Shown piece by piece: positions 14,330 to 27,464 of a stretch of DNA of 64,000 nt. Both the position numbers and the translations under genes were made by a program. Source of the DNA: Ginglymostoma cirratum (lineage: Eukaryota); NCBI GenBank assembly GCA_024137785.1, contig JAHRHZ010000002.1:13429947-13493946 (forward strand), given 5' to 3'. Each line of letters opens with the position of its first letter. Position 1 is the first letter of the stretch. The notes under the pieces were generated by a model. The model was not told the origin of the DNA. It ran no database searches and saw only the letters and a list, made by a program, of their open reading frames with translations.

Positions 14330-14910
14330 ATTCAGTGTATTGGAGATGTCACATCTTGAATACTTTGCTTAGTTTTGGCCTTATTGCTTGAGGGATCAGG
14401 TAAATGAAGGCGTTGAGACGAGATTTTTGATGAATTTATGCTTGATACCTGAGAAGTGCAGGTTACCTTTTAAGAAAGTTTGGATGTCTGGGCTTGTTTC
14501 CACTGGAGTTTAGAAGAGCGAGGGCTAACTTGATTAAGTATGTAAAATCCTGAATGGTTTTGACTCAGTGGACTTAGAATTGATGTTTCTTCTTTTACGT
14601 GAGAGCAGAGTTAACCTGTAGGGTTTTGAATTGAAGAATCATCCTTTTAGGGTTGAAATGAACAGAATTTGTTGCTCAAAGGTTTGTGCATTTCTGATCC
14701 TTCTGCCTAAAAATATGGTGAAAACTGAGTTGTATTTCTTTAATGTGGAGGTAAGTAGATTCATGTGATGTTGGTGAATCATGGGTTATTTAGAGTAGAA
14801 GGGAATGTAGAATTAGAAGCAGAAATAGATCAATCACTATTTCCTTGGATGTTGGAGTGGACTGAAGCAGGTTGGAGCAGTCAGCTGAATCGCCGAATTC
14901 TGCTCCTAAT
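14330..14910 (+). mobile_element. Decayed CR1 3' fragment
   Basis: catcttgaatac..ttttggcc, gggcttgtttccactggagtttagaaga motifs of the CR1 ORF2 C-terminus. Confidence 0.7.
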
Positions 14911-15229
14911 TCATAAATTTGGATATGCTATTAGTGGGGATTCAGCATTCTGCTTGGTTTATCGTAAATAGTAGGATGTCATTCAACAACTTAGTTTCAT
15001 TTAACGTCAGTGTTGTAGTTACCCTAAAATAAATCGGGTCTTTCAATGATATATCTCTTTTGAGTGTATCAGATTGTTCCATCAATTGAAATGCCGGAAT
15101 CAGATTACTTTATTGAAGCAACTACAGTTTTGAAACTTTGTCCGTGAAAACACTTTTTTTATTTTCACAAATGAAAGAAGTGAATTTTATGAACCCTTAT
15201 TATGAATAAAACTTTAAATAATTTCTTAC

Positions 15230-15256
15230 TGCTTGCTTGGAGAAGTTTTTTGCATT
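15230..15256 (-). CDS. Microexon 20 (27 nt): ECKKLLQAS (repeat C)
   Basis: tttttattatttttctag|AATGCAAAAAACTTCTCCAAGCAAGCA|gtaaga. Confidence 0.9.
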
Positions 15257-16081
15257 CTAGAAAAATAATAAAAATGAATAATAGTGCAGTTAATAAATAA
15301 TAATGACAATCATGTCTGTGACATATGACAGATGGATGAAGATGCTATGCATCTAAAATACCTGATCTACTCAAGGTTATTGAAAACTTGTCACAAAATG
15401 TAACCTCTAATCGGTGCTTTCGGAAGATCAAGTTGGTACTTTTGATAGACTTGTAACTGAGGTGCATGTGATAATGATTAAGTAGTGCAACTAGCAGGTG
15501 TGTCGTGGTTTTGCATGAAATTCTATGTGCTGATATTACATGCAACATGAGTCAAAATGACCTTGGCAACACGTTTTTGGAAATTGAGCCTGGTAGATTG
15601 CAAGTGCTGCTTTTGATTTAGAACTGCATGCAAGAATCTGAAGAGATTAAACTCAATGTGGATAAAACATATCTTGTACATTCTTCTGTCAGTTGCCAAA
15701 CATTGTCTTTGGATTAACTTTGCCTTCAGTTCAGAATGTTTTTTTCGTCCAGTGCATATTATTAGTAATAGATCCAGTTCCATACAATGTTGAGTTGAGA
15801 AATCATTCATAGAGCACACGGTTTCTTAATATAAGTTTAGTTTGCAAGAAGGATGCATATTAACAATGAAACCTGGTGAAGTAACCAGTGCATGTATTGT
15901 TTGAAATACTTAGATAAATTGGACGATGCCAATTTTGAACAAAGTTTCTGCAAATTGGATGAAAAAAAAACTGTGGTCAAAACAAAGAATAGTCAAGTTA
16001 TTCAGGGATATTCTATCCTGTAAATTTCTTATCACAATGACTGGATGCATTCATGCCCAACAGGAAACACATCATTTATTT

Positions 16082-16675
16082 GGAGATAGTGGGAACTGCC
16101 AATGCTGGAGAATTTGAGATAATAAGGTGTAGAGCTGGATTAACTCCGCAGGCCAAGCAGCATCAGAGGAGCAGGAAGGCTGATGTTTCGGTTCTGNNNN
16201 NNNNNNNNNNNNNNNNNNNNNNNNNNNNNNNNNNNNNNNNNNNNNNNNNNNNNNNNNNNNNNNNNNNNNNNNNNNNNNNNNNNNNNNNNNNNNNNNNNNN
16301 NNNNNNNNNNNNNNNNNNNNNNNNNNNNNNNNNNNNNNNNNNNNNNNNNNNNNNNNNNNNNNNNNNNNNNNNNNNNNNNNNNNNNNNNNNNNNNNNNNNN
16401 NNNNNNNNNNNNNNNNNNNNNNNNNNNNNNNNNNNNNNNNNNNNNNNNNNNNNNNNNNNNNNNNNNNNNNNNNNNNNNNNNNNNNNNNNNNNNNNNNNNN
16501 NNNNNNNNNNNNNNNNNNNNNNNNNNNNNNNNNNNNNNNNNNNNNNNNNNNNNNNNNNNNNNNNNNNNNNNNNNNNNNNNNNNNNNNNNNNNNNNNCAGA
16601 ACCGAAACATCAGCCTTCCTGCTCCTCTGATGCTGCTTGGCCTGCGGAGTTAATCCAGCTCTACACCTTGTTACA
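16082..16675. mobile_element. Penelope-derived fold-back element spanning a 400-N assembly gap (16197-16596)
   Basis: 16124-16196 and 16597-16669 form a perfect 73-bp inverted repeat; same family as 34390, 51120 and 63781. Confidence 0.85.
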
Positions 16676-17489
16676 TCATTTATTTTGTCGGTTTAAATTA
16701 GTGTCTTGAGAGGGCAAGAATTCAGCCTCGTTATGTAGTGCCGTAGATTTTTTTTCACTTTCGTGCAAGGTTTGCTGCTGCTGCTACTGTTGTATCTACT
16801 ACAGGCGATCTGCTGTGGTTGTATGCTATATTTAACTGTTTTGTGGTGTACTCACACATCCATTATAGCTTGCTGCAACAGATCTGTCCCTTAAGCTAAG
16901 TATTCATCTACATTGCAAAACATTGACACAGAAATTCATCTTGTGCATAATTGTAAAATTAGCTTCATCAGATTGATGTCCTTTATATTCTATCTGATAT
17001 TCATTTTTTAAAAGCAATGCATTGTTGCAGATTATTTCCCCTCGTGCAGAAAATGGGACCACATGTAATTATGAAGCATTTTTCACTTCCACTTAAGATG
17101 ACAACATGTCATCATTAAATATATTAGCTGAAAATTTCAAATGTTCCCCACAGGTTGTGCCAGTCGTAAAAGTGTCATCCGTAAAACAAAAACTATAATT
17201 CAATTTCTCCATGGCTTTCCTCTCCCCTATTTGCAATAATTTTGACAGAATGTTTCAGGAAATCTTCCCTAAAAGGTGAAATAAAATTATGATGGCTGGG
17301 TAATGAAATGCACTGGTGCTCACACCAGATATGGATTTGCAATATCTTGAATATTATCATACCAAGGAAACCAATTAATATGTTGGAAAACAATGGAATA
17401 GAATGACAAAAGGCTATAAAATGAAGTTTAAAGAATTAAAAAGTGAAGGTTTTATTCAATCAGTTTTATAATTTGCCATAGTTTTGACT

Positions 17490-17920
17490 TTCTTTGATTA
17501 ATTCATGGGATGAATGCCGCACCAACTAACTAGTTATCATTGAGAAGTTGGTAATGAGCTATCTACTTGAAGCACTGGAGCCTATTTCAATCTGATAGGT
17601 GCACAATGCCATTCTAGGGGGAGTTCCAGGATTTTGATCCAGTGACATTGAAAGCACAGTGAAATCTCTGCAAGTCAGGATAATGGGTGTCTTGGAGGGA
17701 AACTTGCATGTGTGTTGCCCCCATCTTCTGCTGCATTCTTTCTTCCAGGTAGCAGAGAAGGTGCGTTTAGAAAATTTTGCCAATGGAGATTCGTTGAATT
17801 TACGCAGTACATGTTGCAGATAGCATATGGTGCTGCTGCTGTGCGTTGGTATTGGAGAAAGTGAATGTTTGTGGTTATAATGTGAATCAAGTGGGCTGCT
17901 TTGTCCTGGATGGTGTCATT
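17490..17920 (-). mobile_element. L2/CR1-clade LINE 3' fragment
   Basis: Homologous to 950-1160 and 42830-43040. Confidence 0.65.
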
Positions 17921-18321
17921 TTCATAAGATTAAAATAAAACTATTATAGTAACTTTTAAGTCATGCATTATGTTGAGGACATATGATGAACTATTTGAGA
18001 TCGGCATATTTACAATAACGTGCAAATATCCAATGACCACATCATGTTCAGTGAAAAATCATTGCATCTCCGAGAGACAAGTGCGAACAAAAACAGGGAA
18101 GTTCAAGTTAAGGTATATAGTAACATATATGAAAGAGATTCTGACGAAGTTTGTAATATTAAGCAGTTTGTGCACATTTGGCCAATGTACTCTGATCTTC
18201 TTTCTCACAAATGACTGCCTTTTCACATACACGCTTTTCATCAGGTTGTTGTTTCACACAATGTGAACAGTGTTTTTTCGACGTGAGTACAAATAAACAA
18301 TAGAGCACAGGAAATGCTTAC

Positions 18322-18345
18322 CTATGAATTCTTGCTGATCACTTT
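18322..18345 (-). CDS. Microexon 19 (24 nt): ESDQQEFI
   Basis: attaattttgtgctttctcgcag|AAAGTGATCAGCAAGAATTCATAG|gtaagc. Frames 0 and 2 contain stops; phase 1 is open. Confidence 0.85.
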   Translation of the reverse strand, partial: KVISKNS

Positions 18346-20135
18346 CTGCGAGAAAGCACAAAATTAATCTTTTCTGATATCAATACAACCATGTACAAAT
18401 ATACCTTAATATTATTTAACATTATATCCATAAGTTTACAAGATTGTTTTTTTTCGCAAAACCCTGTATGTCTGCTGAATGCCAAAGCATATAACATCAC
18501 GTATTGTCACGTCACGTACTACATCAAATACATTTCATTGACTCACGATCGCAAAAATGTACTGTTAAGTGATACATTGTGGTTGTGGAATAAAAACCTC
18601 AGAAGTGCCGAATTGCAATTTCAGTCTTTCATTATGTTTCTACTCAAACATGTTAAAAAAAGAGAGCAATTAAGTTTACATCGATTGTTGAAAATTAAAC
18701 TGTATACAAAGTTACGATCAAAAACCTTGTTTGCCAGTATGGAGCTGATGAAATCCAAAGAAATGTCGTTGCTATTTGACTTGGCAAGCCTTATAAGCAA
18801 GAGCCAAAAATATTGAAAATAGCTTTTGGGCATTATTGCAAAGCAGAGGCCTTCAGAATGGCCTTTGCTTTTTGCTGTCCCGATGTTCAATAAGATCACT
18901 TCCTGCGATGAAGCAGGGAAATAATTGGGACATGATTACGTGCACCCGGTGTCCCAATAAACCGTTATCTTATTGAGCAGTAAATATAAGGTTTCTAGGT
19001 TTTCATTCTCTAAAATTTGCATTCCTGCTGAACGATAAAGTATGCCACTGTGCTCCACGTTGCAATAGAAATGAACATAGGGTTGGATGCAGTTTTGTGC
19101 CGTGAACTATGACCAATTTCTATTTCAATCTGCCTGCTCAGTTTGAAGATCTCCACCAAATGGCGTTATCAGCACTCTGCTGATAACACTTAAGGCAGGG
19201 AAAAAAAATAGTCACGAAGGATCTCCCAGTTATGACGTACTGTGGCTGAAAAGAATTTGTACCCTGTACTCTACCCAGAAGGTAGCCTTCTTTTAATAGG
19301 GGCTGCACAAATTCTCAGTGGGAATGAAATCATTACCTCATAAGCACAGCTCTGAGATTAAATTCGAAAACAAAATGAATAGGCTGTGGATAATCCTTCT
19401 GGCAGGTTCAATCTTTACCACCTGCTTTACTCTGCAGCCCGAGACTAGGTTTTACTTGATGAACCATAATTATGATTCTCAGAAGTTGCTACTCAACTGA
19501 ATTTCAACCCATTCACAGTGAAAGCATCTCTGGTAAACGCACCATAATATGGTTAAACAAATTTTCCACCATTTTATTTCTGTAGCCATCACAATATTCG
19601 ATGTTGCGATTTGAATTTCGTTGTGAATTAGATGTTTTCATTGATGTGACCGTGATGGAAAATTCTTGAAATCCATGGCTAAACGCATTGTAAGAGGATG
19701 TTGTGAGCTTTTCAAAATAAAAAATCACCGCGTGTGCTTCCTGCTGTCATGTTTAAAAATGTGTTGTAAGATCAAAACAATCTTCAAAATATGTCCAGTT
19801 ACTCGTTTCCCTCATGGCACATAGACCAGTGTCCTCAGTATCAACTGATTTCACCATTGCTGGTGACGAGTAAGGAGCTTGCATTATGATGATTGTCCAC
19901 GAACCGTGGAGACCTTACGCATGTTGAAATGTTAACAGCTTTTGCCCATTGCAATGCATATCTGGTGATAATCTGATGTTCTGATTTTTCTTACTACCTC
20001 GCATAAAAGTCAGTTTAACAACTGTTGGGGAGGGACCTTTAAATTATAAGTTAGGCAATTCACGCTATGGAAATGATTCATTTACGCAATAGATTGAAAT
20101 AGAAACTCTAAAGATAATAATTAAATCTGCTTTAC

Positions 20136-20156
20136 CTGAAAATTTCGTTTTTGATC
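20136..20156 (-). CDS. Microexon 18 (21 nt): GSKTKFS
   Basis: caccttcttctacattcaag|GATCAAAAACGAAATTTTCAG|gtaaag. Counterpart of GPKGKVL. Confidence 0.8.
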
Positions 20157-20239
20157 CTTGAATGTAGAAGAAGGTGTTGTAAGTTAAAACTTTATTACGT
20201 AGATGTTTAACACAACCTCTGGTTAAACATGCACCCTCC

Positions 20240-20580
20240 GTCTTCTGTCTGAAATTGAGCAGTTTAAGAACCATTGTTCTCTGATGATGTGAAGGTAATT
20301 ATGAGAGCAGGTTGAAAAAAGGACATCATGACTTAACAACGGCATGAAAATAGGTTAACTGAGTGACAAAAGTTCGGGATTTGTCGCAAAATACAGGAAA
20401 ATGTAATCTTGTGATCGGTAGCAAAGTACGGTAGGAAACAGTACATTGATTAAATAGAGGCAGATTGCAGAACGCTGCAGCGCAGGGGGATCTGGGTATT
20501 ATGGCAAATGCATCACAAGCAGTGTTATGCAGTAACATCAAGTGAACAGGAAGGCGATAAAAACATTATTATAGTCGAGT
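20240..20580 (+). mobile_element. CR1 RT fragment
   Basis: tgtctgaaattg..gatgatgtgaag; aaatgtaatcttg; cagcgcagggggatctgggt (DLG motif). Confidence 0.6.
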
Positions 20581-20738
20581 ACAGTGGCTTGAAAATGCAC
20601 AAATGCCCATGATTTCAGAAGGATGTGGATGATATGAAAATGCAATGGACAGACAAAAAGGATGACGCGGTGGTACATCAATGAAATGCTCACACGTTTC
20701 ATTATAAGCTACATGCGTGTCAACTCGTAATATCTCAC

Positions 20739-20774
20739 CTGTTCCAGATACACGATCTTTTAGTTCTTTAAGCT
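20739..20774 (-). CDS. Exon 17 (36 nt): ELKELKDRVSGT
   Basis: gtgttatctgttctttcacag|AGCTTAAAGAACTAAAAGATCGTGTATCTGGAACAG|gtgaga. Aligns with EINALQERMSGE. Confidence 0.88.
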
Positions 20775-21094
20775 CTGTGAAAGAACAGATAACACAAATG
20801 CTGATAATTAGTCATTTGTTTTAGCATTCTGCATAGTTGTAAGGATGTGTTGTGATTTGCGGTTGCAAAAATTATTGCTATCTTCACCTGGAATTGAAAA
20901 CGTATGTACAAATAATTAACTACTGGATATCCCAAAACCCTATTACTGAATCAAAATAAAGGCCATTGTTAACATGCAATACATTTTATTTTGCTGGATA
21001 ACTTTTCTGTCTAGGCGTTATGTTCCAACATTTTAAGAAGTATGGGTCAAAATTATTAAAATCTGGAACAAGCAGGCTAACTGAATTCTTTTTC

Positions 21095-21355
21095 ACATTC
21101 TCCCCTTGTCTGCGTGTGTTTCCTTCTGGTGCTCCGGCTTACTCCCACAGTCCAAAGATGTGTCAGTTAGGTTGATTGGCTATGCAACTTGTCCTCAGTG
21201 TCAAGGAAATTGTGGATGGATTAGCCATTGGAAATAGAGGTTTGCAGGGATAGGGTAGGTAATGGGTGGGACTGGGATGTTCTTCACAGGGTCTGTATGG
21301 ACTTGATGAGCTGAATAGCCTGCTTCCACATTGTAGGGCTTCTCTGATTCTGTAA
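21095..21355 (+). mobile_element. HE1/V-SINE, 5'-truncated
   Basis: V-domain ggtgctccggcttactcccacagtccaaagatgtg..gttaggttgattggc plus a CR1-like tail. Confidence 0.85.
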
Positions 21356-21664
21356 GCACACACTCGTCTGGTGAATTAACAGTTCTTTTTTGTAGGATGA
21401 GTCAGCAAAAAAATGAACTCTAAGACTCCAGTCTCTATTTGCCCCGCTGATCGAAGGGGAACATCAAAACTCACATGACTAAGACAGATGCTTATGGAGC
21501 TGTCGAATGCCAATGCAAGATGCCTATGCAACATTCCAGCCTTTGTTTCGGTAGAAAAACTTGTTCAAAAGAATTTGTTAGCCACTTCTGAAATTCAGCA
21601 AGAACCTGCCTGTGCACTGATAAGTTAACTGTTAGTCGTTGCACAACGTGCAACTTATTCAAAT

Positions 21665-21855
21665 AAAACAAAGAACTGCGGATGTCAGAAATCTGAAACA
21701 AAAACAGAAATTCTGGAGAACCTAAGCAGGTCTGGCAGCAACTGTGGAGAGAATGCAGAGTTAACGTTTCATACCTAGTAGCTAGGAAAACGCAGTATAT
21801 ATGCTGAAGGCTGTAATACTACCAGACCTGCTGAGTGTCTCCAGCAGTTTTTTTT
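21665..21855. mobile_element. Short fold-back element (second Penelope-derived family)
   Basis: ctggagaacctaagcaggtctgg ... ccagacctgctgagtgtctccag inverted arms; relatives near 2200, 47950 and 58150. Confidence 0.65.
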
Positions 21856-24800
21856 CCTGCATCATTGAAATGATCAAGGTAATAAAATGCAATACCATGA
21901 AAGTGGGAGATCCTGACAGGGAGAATTACTTCCCTAAGCTATTCCAAATTTGAATTCACTTGAGAACTAAAACCCTGGAAATTCGACTGCACTAAACTTC
22001 GCACAGCTTCATGAGTATTCAGTGCTATACAAAACTTTAACATTAACTAAAAGGCCATCCGTGAAAAAAAAACCTGAGGCATTTGTTAAACTAAATTAAT
22101 TTTCTTTACGTTTCAGTGAAAATAAAGAGGTATTGTGTTGCAGCAGTAGAGTCATTGCCTCTGAACTACAAATTCGTTCTTAATGTCTGACTCCAAACTT
22201 CATGACAAACAAGGTGAGTATATATTGGGGTCTAATATGTTGATATTCAACTTGTAACTTCTTCAAACTAAACACATGGAATGTAACTACAAGGAGGAAA
22301 GATTTCTGATCAACTATGTGAGTTAGAATTGGAGTCACCATTATCACACTCTACAGCTGTAGGCGACAACATTCACACAGTTTGCATTCTGCCACAGTGA
22401 TGTTTACTGTAAGCTTCTTTGGATGGATATTCGGTATATATTTGTTTGGGATGTATTCAAGACTTGTAACTTGCCAGTGTCGTGGCGTCATGGATCTACC
22501 TTCGGATAGAGAACCCGTTAAGAAGATTTGTACTCATTTTGTTTTAAATCTCACTTGCTGCTAGAAATACATAACTGGGACACTCACTCCGAGTGTCAGA
22601 AAATACCAGCTTACTACATTCAAGAACACTGATGACTTGCATTAAAGCAGGAGCAAGAACAGGGGCAGGGTCTGCCATTGCTGGGGTGCAGAGCAAGAGG
22701 AGTGAGAGGTGGGCAGGCAGCGGAGACGGGGAGAGCTTATATCACCTTGCACGAAAAGTGGGGTGGGAATGCAATTAGAGTCTGGCCAGTGACTTAGAAA
22801 AGCAACTATGAAACATGTGAGAGCCTTTTAACACTTTTTCAAGATAGTGAGTGTTGGGAATTTTTTGTCAGTGGGGTCACGAAGAGCAGCTATGCCAACG
22901 AGTGGACAAACCGGGTCAGCTGGCTGGAAGATCAAGTAATTGAACGAGTAGCTGGTGACGAATGGAGTAATTGCTGGTCGATGAATGAGTGCCTAGATGA
23001 GTGAGTAATAGTTGCCAAGAGAGTGAATTGCTGGCTGACCATGTTAATGAACTAGACTGAGCAAGACACACATCCTTCCTCAAAAACCCATGCCCGTAGC
23101 AAACGGGAAAATGCAGACTGAAAGACAAATTGCTTTTGACCCCACTTTCATGTGAATTCCACCGAGGTCAGCTCGGAATGTGGCCCACCATAAACATCCA
23201 AGGGACAATGTTTTTTAAATCCAACTTGTTTGATTTGCTTTAGTCCCAGCCTTTTCCTAGAAGACAAGGATTTTGGGCCTAGTCCTTTTCTCTCTCTAAC
23301 CCTACTTCTTAATCATGAAGGCAAACAAATTAAATCTAATAGTTAGATATTTGGCTAGCTTTCATTAAAATTCTAAATTCATGAAATTCTATAAACTGTG
23401 AATCTGCCGGGATGGGAAACAATGTCCTCTGGTGTTATTTGTATCTCTGACTGAAAAGCCCAATGACAATAATTCATAACAATAGTGAATAAAACAGGTA
23501 TTGCACCGCAGTTGTAGCATCATCGCCAATGAACTACAAACTCTACCAAACTTCATGGTAAGCAAAGTGAGCGCATATTGTGGCCAAATATGCTGATTTT
23601 CAACTTGTAATGTCTTCCAACTAAACCAATGGCATGTAGCTAAAAGTTATCGTATGAGAATTATGACTCTTATGCTCTGTTGCTTGGAACTCATCAATGG
23701 TCTTTTAAACATACTTATATGTTTAAATGATACATTTAGATTTTGCCTTATGTGACTCTCATAAAGCACTTTTTGGTATGGCTTAGATTTAAAATGTTTG
23801 AACTCTTTCTAGAAAAGGTATGTAGAAATAATTTTTGTGCACTGTAATTGTTAAAACAAAGTGTTTTCGTTGTGTGGAGGTGCTTTTAACAAAACTCTGA
23901 CACCATTTTACATGGTTGATGACCAAGCTTCTCTTTTCATAAATTATAAAGAATAGCGAGTTAATGAGCCTTTTTAAAAATTGCAAATTGCATAATATGC
24001 GCTGCTGAAAATCCAAAATTTAAAACAAAAGCACAACAAATCCTTATAAGTCTGAGATCAGTTGTGAAAAATTATGACAGGTCATCCATATGCAATATTT
24101 AGGCTTTTCGTTTACAACAATTTTGCCTGACTTGTGGAGCACTTCCAAAATTTCTGTTTAATTTACGCCCATATTGGTTTAATTCTGGTCCTGAGCTTTG
24201 ACAGGTACTCCCACAAGGTTTTGGTTCTATGATTGGTGAATAATGAAAAGCCAGAAAGGGCTTAACTACCAAAAACAATTATTAAAGCAGTATGATGACA
24301 GAAGCATGTTTTACAGTTTCTCACATGACAATGTTGTACCATTAACAATTATTTTGCCTGCAGCAAGAAGAGTGAGGCACAGATGCAGGGAGGCCAATGA
24401 TATTTTTATTCTGTACTATCCTACTGACTCAGCCTTCCTAGTGGTTGTCTTCACAAATTGGGTATCATTGGTTGCCTGTTATGTGTTTCATTAGATAATG
24501 ATCCACTGAAATTAAGGGGTAGTTTTGACTTTGCTGATTGTGCAAAATGCAGAATGTCAGCTCGGCCACCCATTTCAATAAATTAAATGCAAAAGAAAGT
24601 TTTGAAAAATGTGTGAATAATTATCCAACTTTGATCTCACATTTTATTACCTCAACAGAAGAAATTGAACATTGGACTAGGTGCATATAGCCTTTGTGCA
24701 CTGGAATGATGATGCTGAATTTATGATCTACATCATTACTTCCGGTGACTTTAAAAGTTTCAGTATTTGCATTTCGCTGACTACTTCATAAATATTGTGG

Positions 24801-25143
24801 GTCGGAGCAGCATGGGGGTGAGTTGTTGTGTGGGTGGCCCCTAATTTGTGTGTATGCCAAAGACATACAAATCCAATTGTTATCCCAACTGGGAACTCTT
24901 CTTGCGCTACTAGATCACAGCATCATAAAGCTAATTTGTGTTTCTGCACACTGGAATCTACGTCATGTCTGGTTTCTTTGAACTTAACGAGGGACACAAT
25001 TGAATAGACAACGGATCCTTAAGTAATTTTCACAAATAAATTTCATTTGAATTCCTCCTAAATGCAGCAGAACAGTCTTTATCTTCCTGCTTTGAATCAA
25101 TACAAACCATTTAGGTAGGAAATGGAATTGAAAATATATTTAC

Positions 25144-25170
25144 CATCTTCTTTTGTACGCAGAACTTCCG
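25144..25170 (-). CDS. Microexon 16 (27 nt): AEVLRTKED
   Basis: ttaacatacacttatgttcctgcag|CGGAAGTTCTGCGTACAAAAGAAGATG|gtaaat. Same size and K position as the MRQ-type exons. Confidence 0.82.
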
Positions 25171-26013
25171 CTGCAGGAACATAAGTGTATGTTAAAAGAT
25201 GATTGTAAAATAAAAGGTCACGTTTCTGCTCGAAGACTTGGAATATGAATCAAACATGTTGTAGAAAAAAATGAATCTTAGTGACAACATGAAATTTCGT
25301 AGGAAAAAAAGTGTTTTCTTTAGAATATTTAGCAAATTGAAAAAAATACACTTGGAACAGACTGTTATTTCAGAAACCTGCGTAGAAATGTAAGGTTTAT
25401 TCCGGGAAACATCTGTGATGATGTAACTATTTTGGATCCAGATAAATGAAGGATAATTAGAATACTGAGTTACTTAGATGATGAGTTTTTATGATGTCAA
25501 TTAGTAGTATTATTTTGTTTTCAGGTACATTTGACTAATTTGTTAGATACAACTAGCTTCAGGAAATATTTAGCCAGAAAGTTCGATAGTAACGCGAACG
25601 TTTTCGTGGATGATGAGAATATGTAAAATAACAAGCATACTAACAGCTTGGCTGAATATTAGGGTAGATGTTGGCTTTTGATATCCGTTAGTGGTGCCGA
25701 AGTGAGGGTATATTTATTTTCACTCTTTCCCAGAAGCGAAAGAGTGAAGAACTGTAGGATTAAAATAACATGAATATTCTATTCATCCGAGAGTGGAGCA
25801 ACCAACAGATGTCACAAATTCAATCCAGAAGAAGAAGACATGGATATTTCTCAAGATTGCTCAAGTTTGTAAAATGTGACCAGGCAGCCTTGATTTTTGT
25901 TCCAAGTGGACATATAAAAATGAGATGCTCTGCAGCTGAATATTTTTCGAGAAAATATCATGATATTTAATTCTAAGAGCAACAGGGGGAAAAAAAAATC
26001 TGAATTGTCTCAC

Positions 26014-26049
26014 CAGCAGCCTGTAATTGTGCAAGTAATTTTTCTATCT
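26014..26049 (-). CDS. Exon 15 (36 nt): EIEKLLAQLQAA
   Basis: ttaatctttatttcag|AGATAGAAAAATTACTTGCACAATTACAGGCTGCTG|gtgaga. Paralog of the exon at 10210. Confidence 0.87.
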
Positions 26050-26519
26050 CTGAAATAAAGATTAATATTAAGGTCATCTTATTTGATAACAATGCCCAAA
26101 TATACCATGAACACCTGTGTTAAATGTTAATGGCCGAGTAAGAATGCATTGTCCAGTAATTCATTCTGAGCAGCAGCACAAACCAGAGAGTGTTTCATTT
26201 TCCGAGTTGAAATCAGGTGGAATGAAATATAGTGTTCCATTTGATTCTGCCAGTTCTTCAACATGCCACAGAGGGACTTAATTCCATTTCTGCAGCCGTT
26301 CATAGAACAGGTGGACGGTTCGATTTGCCAGTCTTAAAAATGATTCTGGGGAGTTGCAACGTTCATTGATATTCATTTCTACTTAGAAAACCAACGTATT
26401 TGTTTGATGAAAAATCATCGAAGAGTTATTGCATTGGAGAATGTGAAAACTCATAAGTTTTGGGGCCTCATTTAGCTATTAGGCGCTGATAAATTTCAAA
26501 TATTACCAACTTCGCATTC

Positions 26520-26595
26520 AGGCTAGGGCTTGTTTCATGATTAGGGCTAAGGTTAAGGTTAGGGTTAGGTTTAGGGGTTAGGGGTTTGGATTAGG
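26520..26595 (+). repeat. Degenerate (TTAGGG)n-like array
   Basis: ttagggctaaggttaaggttagggttaggtttaggggttagggg. Confidence 0.8.
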
Positions 26596-27437
26596 AATAA
26601 TTATGATTAATTGCACCCAATTTATTTCCAATTGAACTCAGTAGAAGAATGTGTTGCTTAATTGCCAGACAAATTAATATTAAAACTTTTGCACTTTCAA
26701 CAACATTACAAATATTTTGTCCAGCTTTTAAGTTTCGATGGTAAGTTAAACATGCACATTATATTTTCTTTCAGAGTCAAAGCTGTTCTGATTCACCATT
26801 GGATGCAGGAGGTGACTATTTCAGTTGCACTGATACTCCAGAAATTCAGTTCAGTGTTTTTTTTCTGTTGAAATGTTCTTGACATGATAAATAAGCACCA
26901 AATTCATCAGGAAAAAGGAAAGGCTGTCCATTTCAAGACAAGTACACTTTTAACAGTGTTTTGACAGTGTAATTCATGCCAATCCTCTCTTGCATCAAAT
27001 ATAATCTTAACAGTTTTGATTCTTCAGCGGGAGAGCTTAAAGCAAAGTCAATTTAAATTTATTTTTAATGCTTTTCTTTATGACTTTTCTGTCTCCTTAG
27101 TACATTTTTTCCACTCTCTTAGTCGTAAAGTTGAACTAAAACAAAACCAACATTTTTATCAAAATGTTCATGTTGGTTCCAAACAGGGGATCTTTCATTT
27201 TCACAGCTTGAGTTGTGTGTTATGGTTTCAATTAATGTTGCGATATATTGAATTATCACAAAAGTTTATGAACAACGAATTTTAGACAGTCTTATAACAG
27301 TTAGCAAACTATGCAATATTGGCTATGACCTAAATGTTATATGGAGAAATAGGGCATGGAAAGTACAAAGGAAATAGTAAGAAATGCAAACAGATATGCA
27401 TTTAGAAGATGAAGTATTGTTATTCCATCTAAATTAC

Positions 27438-27464
27438 CGATATCTTTTAAAAGCAGTTGTCTCA
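27438..27464 (-). CDS. Microexon 14 (27 nt): MRQLLLKDI (repeat B)
   Basis: cctaacattaccttgctgatttgtattacag|TGAGACAACTGCTTTTAAAAGATATCG|gtaatt. Confidence 0.9.

Noticed and set aside
16053-16709. Long ORFs in the supplied track
   Set aside because: Artefacts of the 400-N gap.
25719-25748. Perfect 11-bp hairpin ttcactctttc/gaaagagtgaa
   Set aside because: A single short low-complexity stem with no other support; may be chance.
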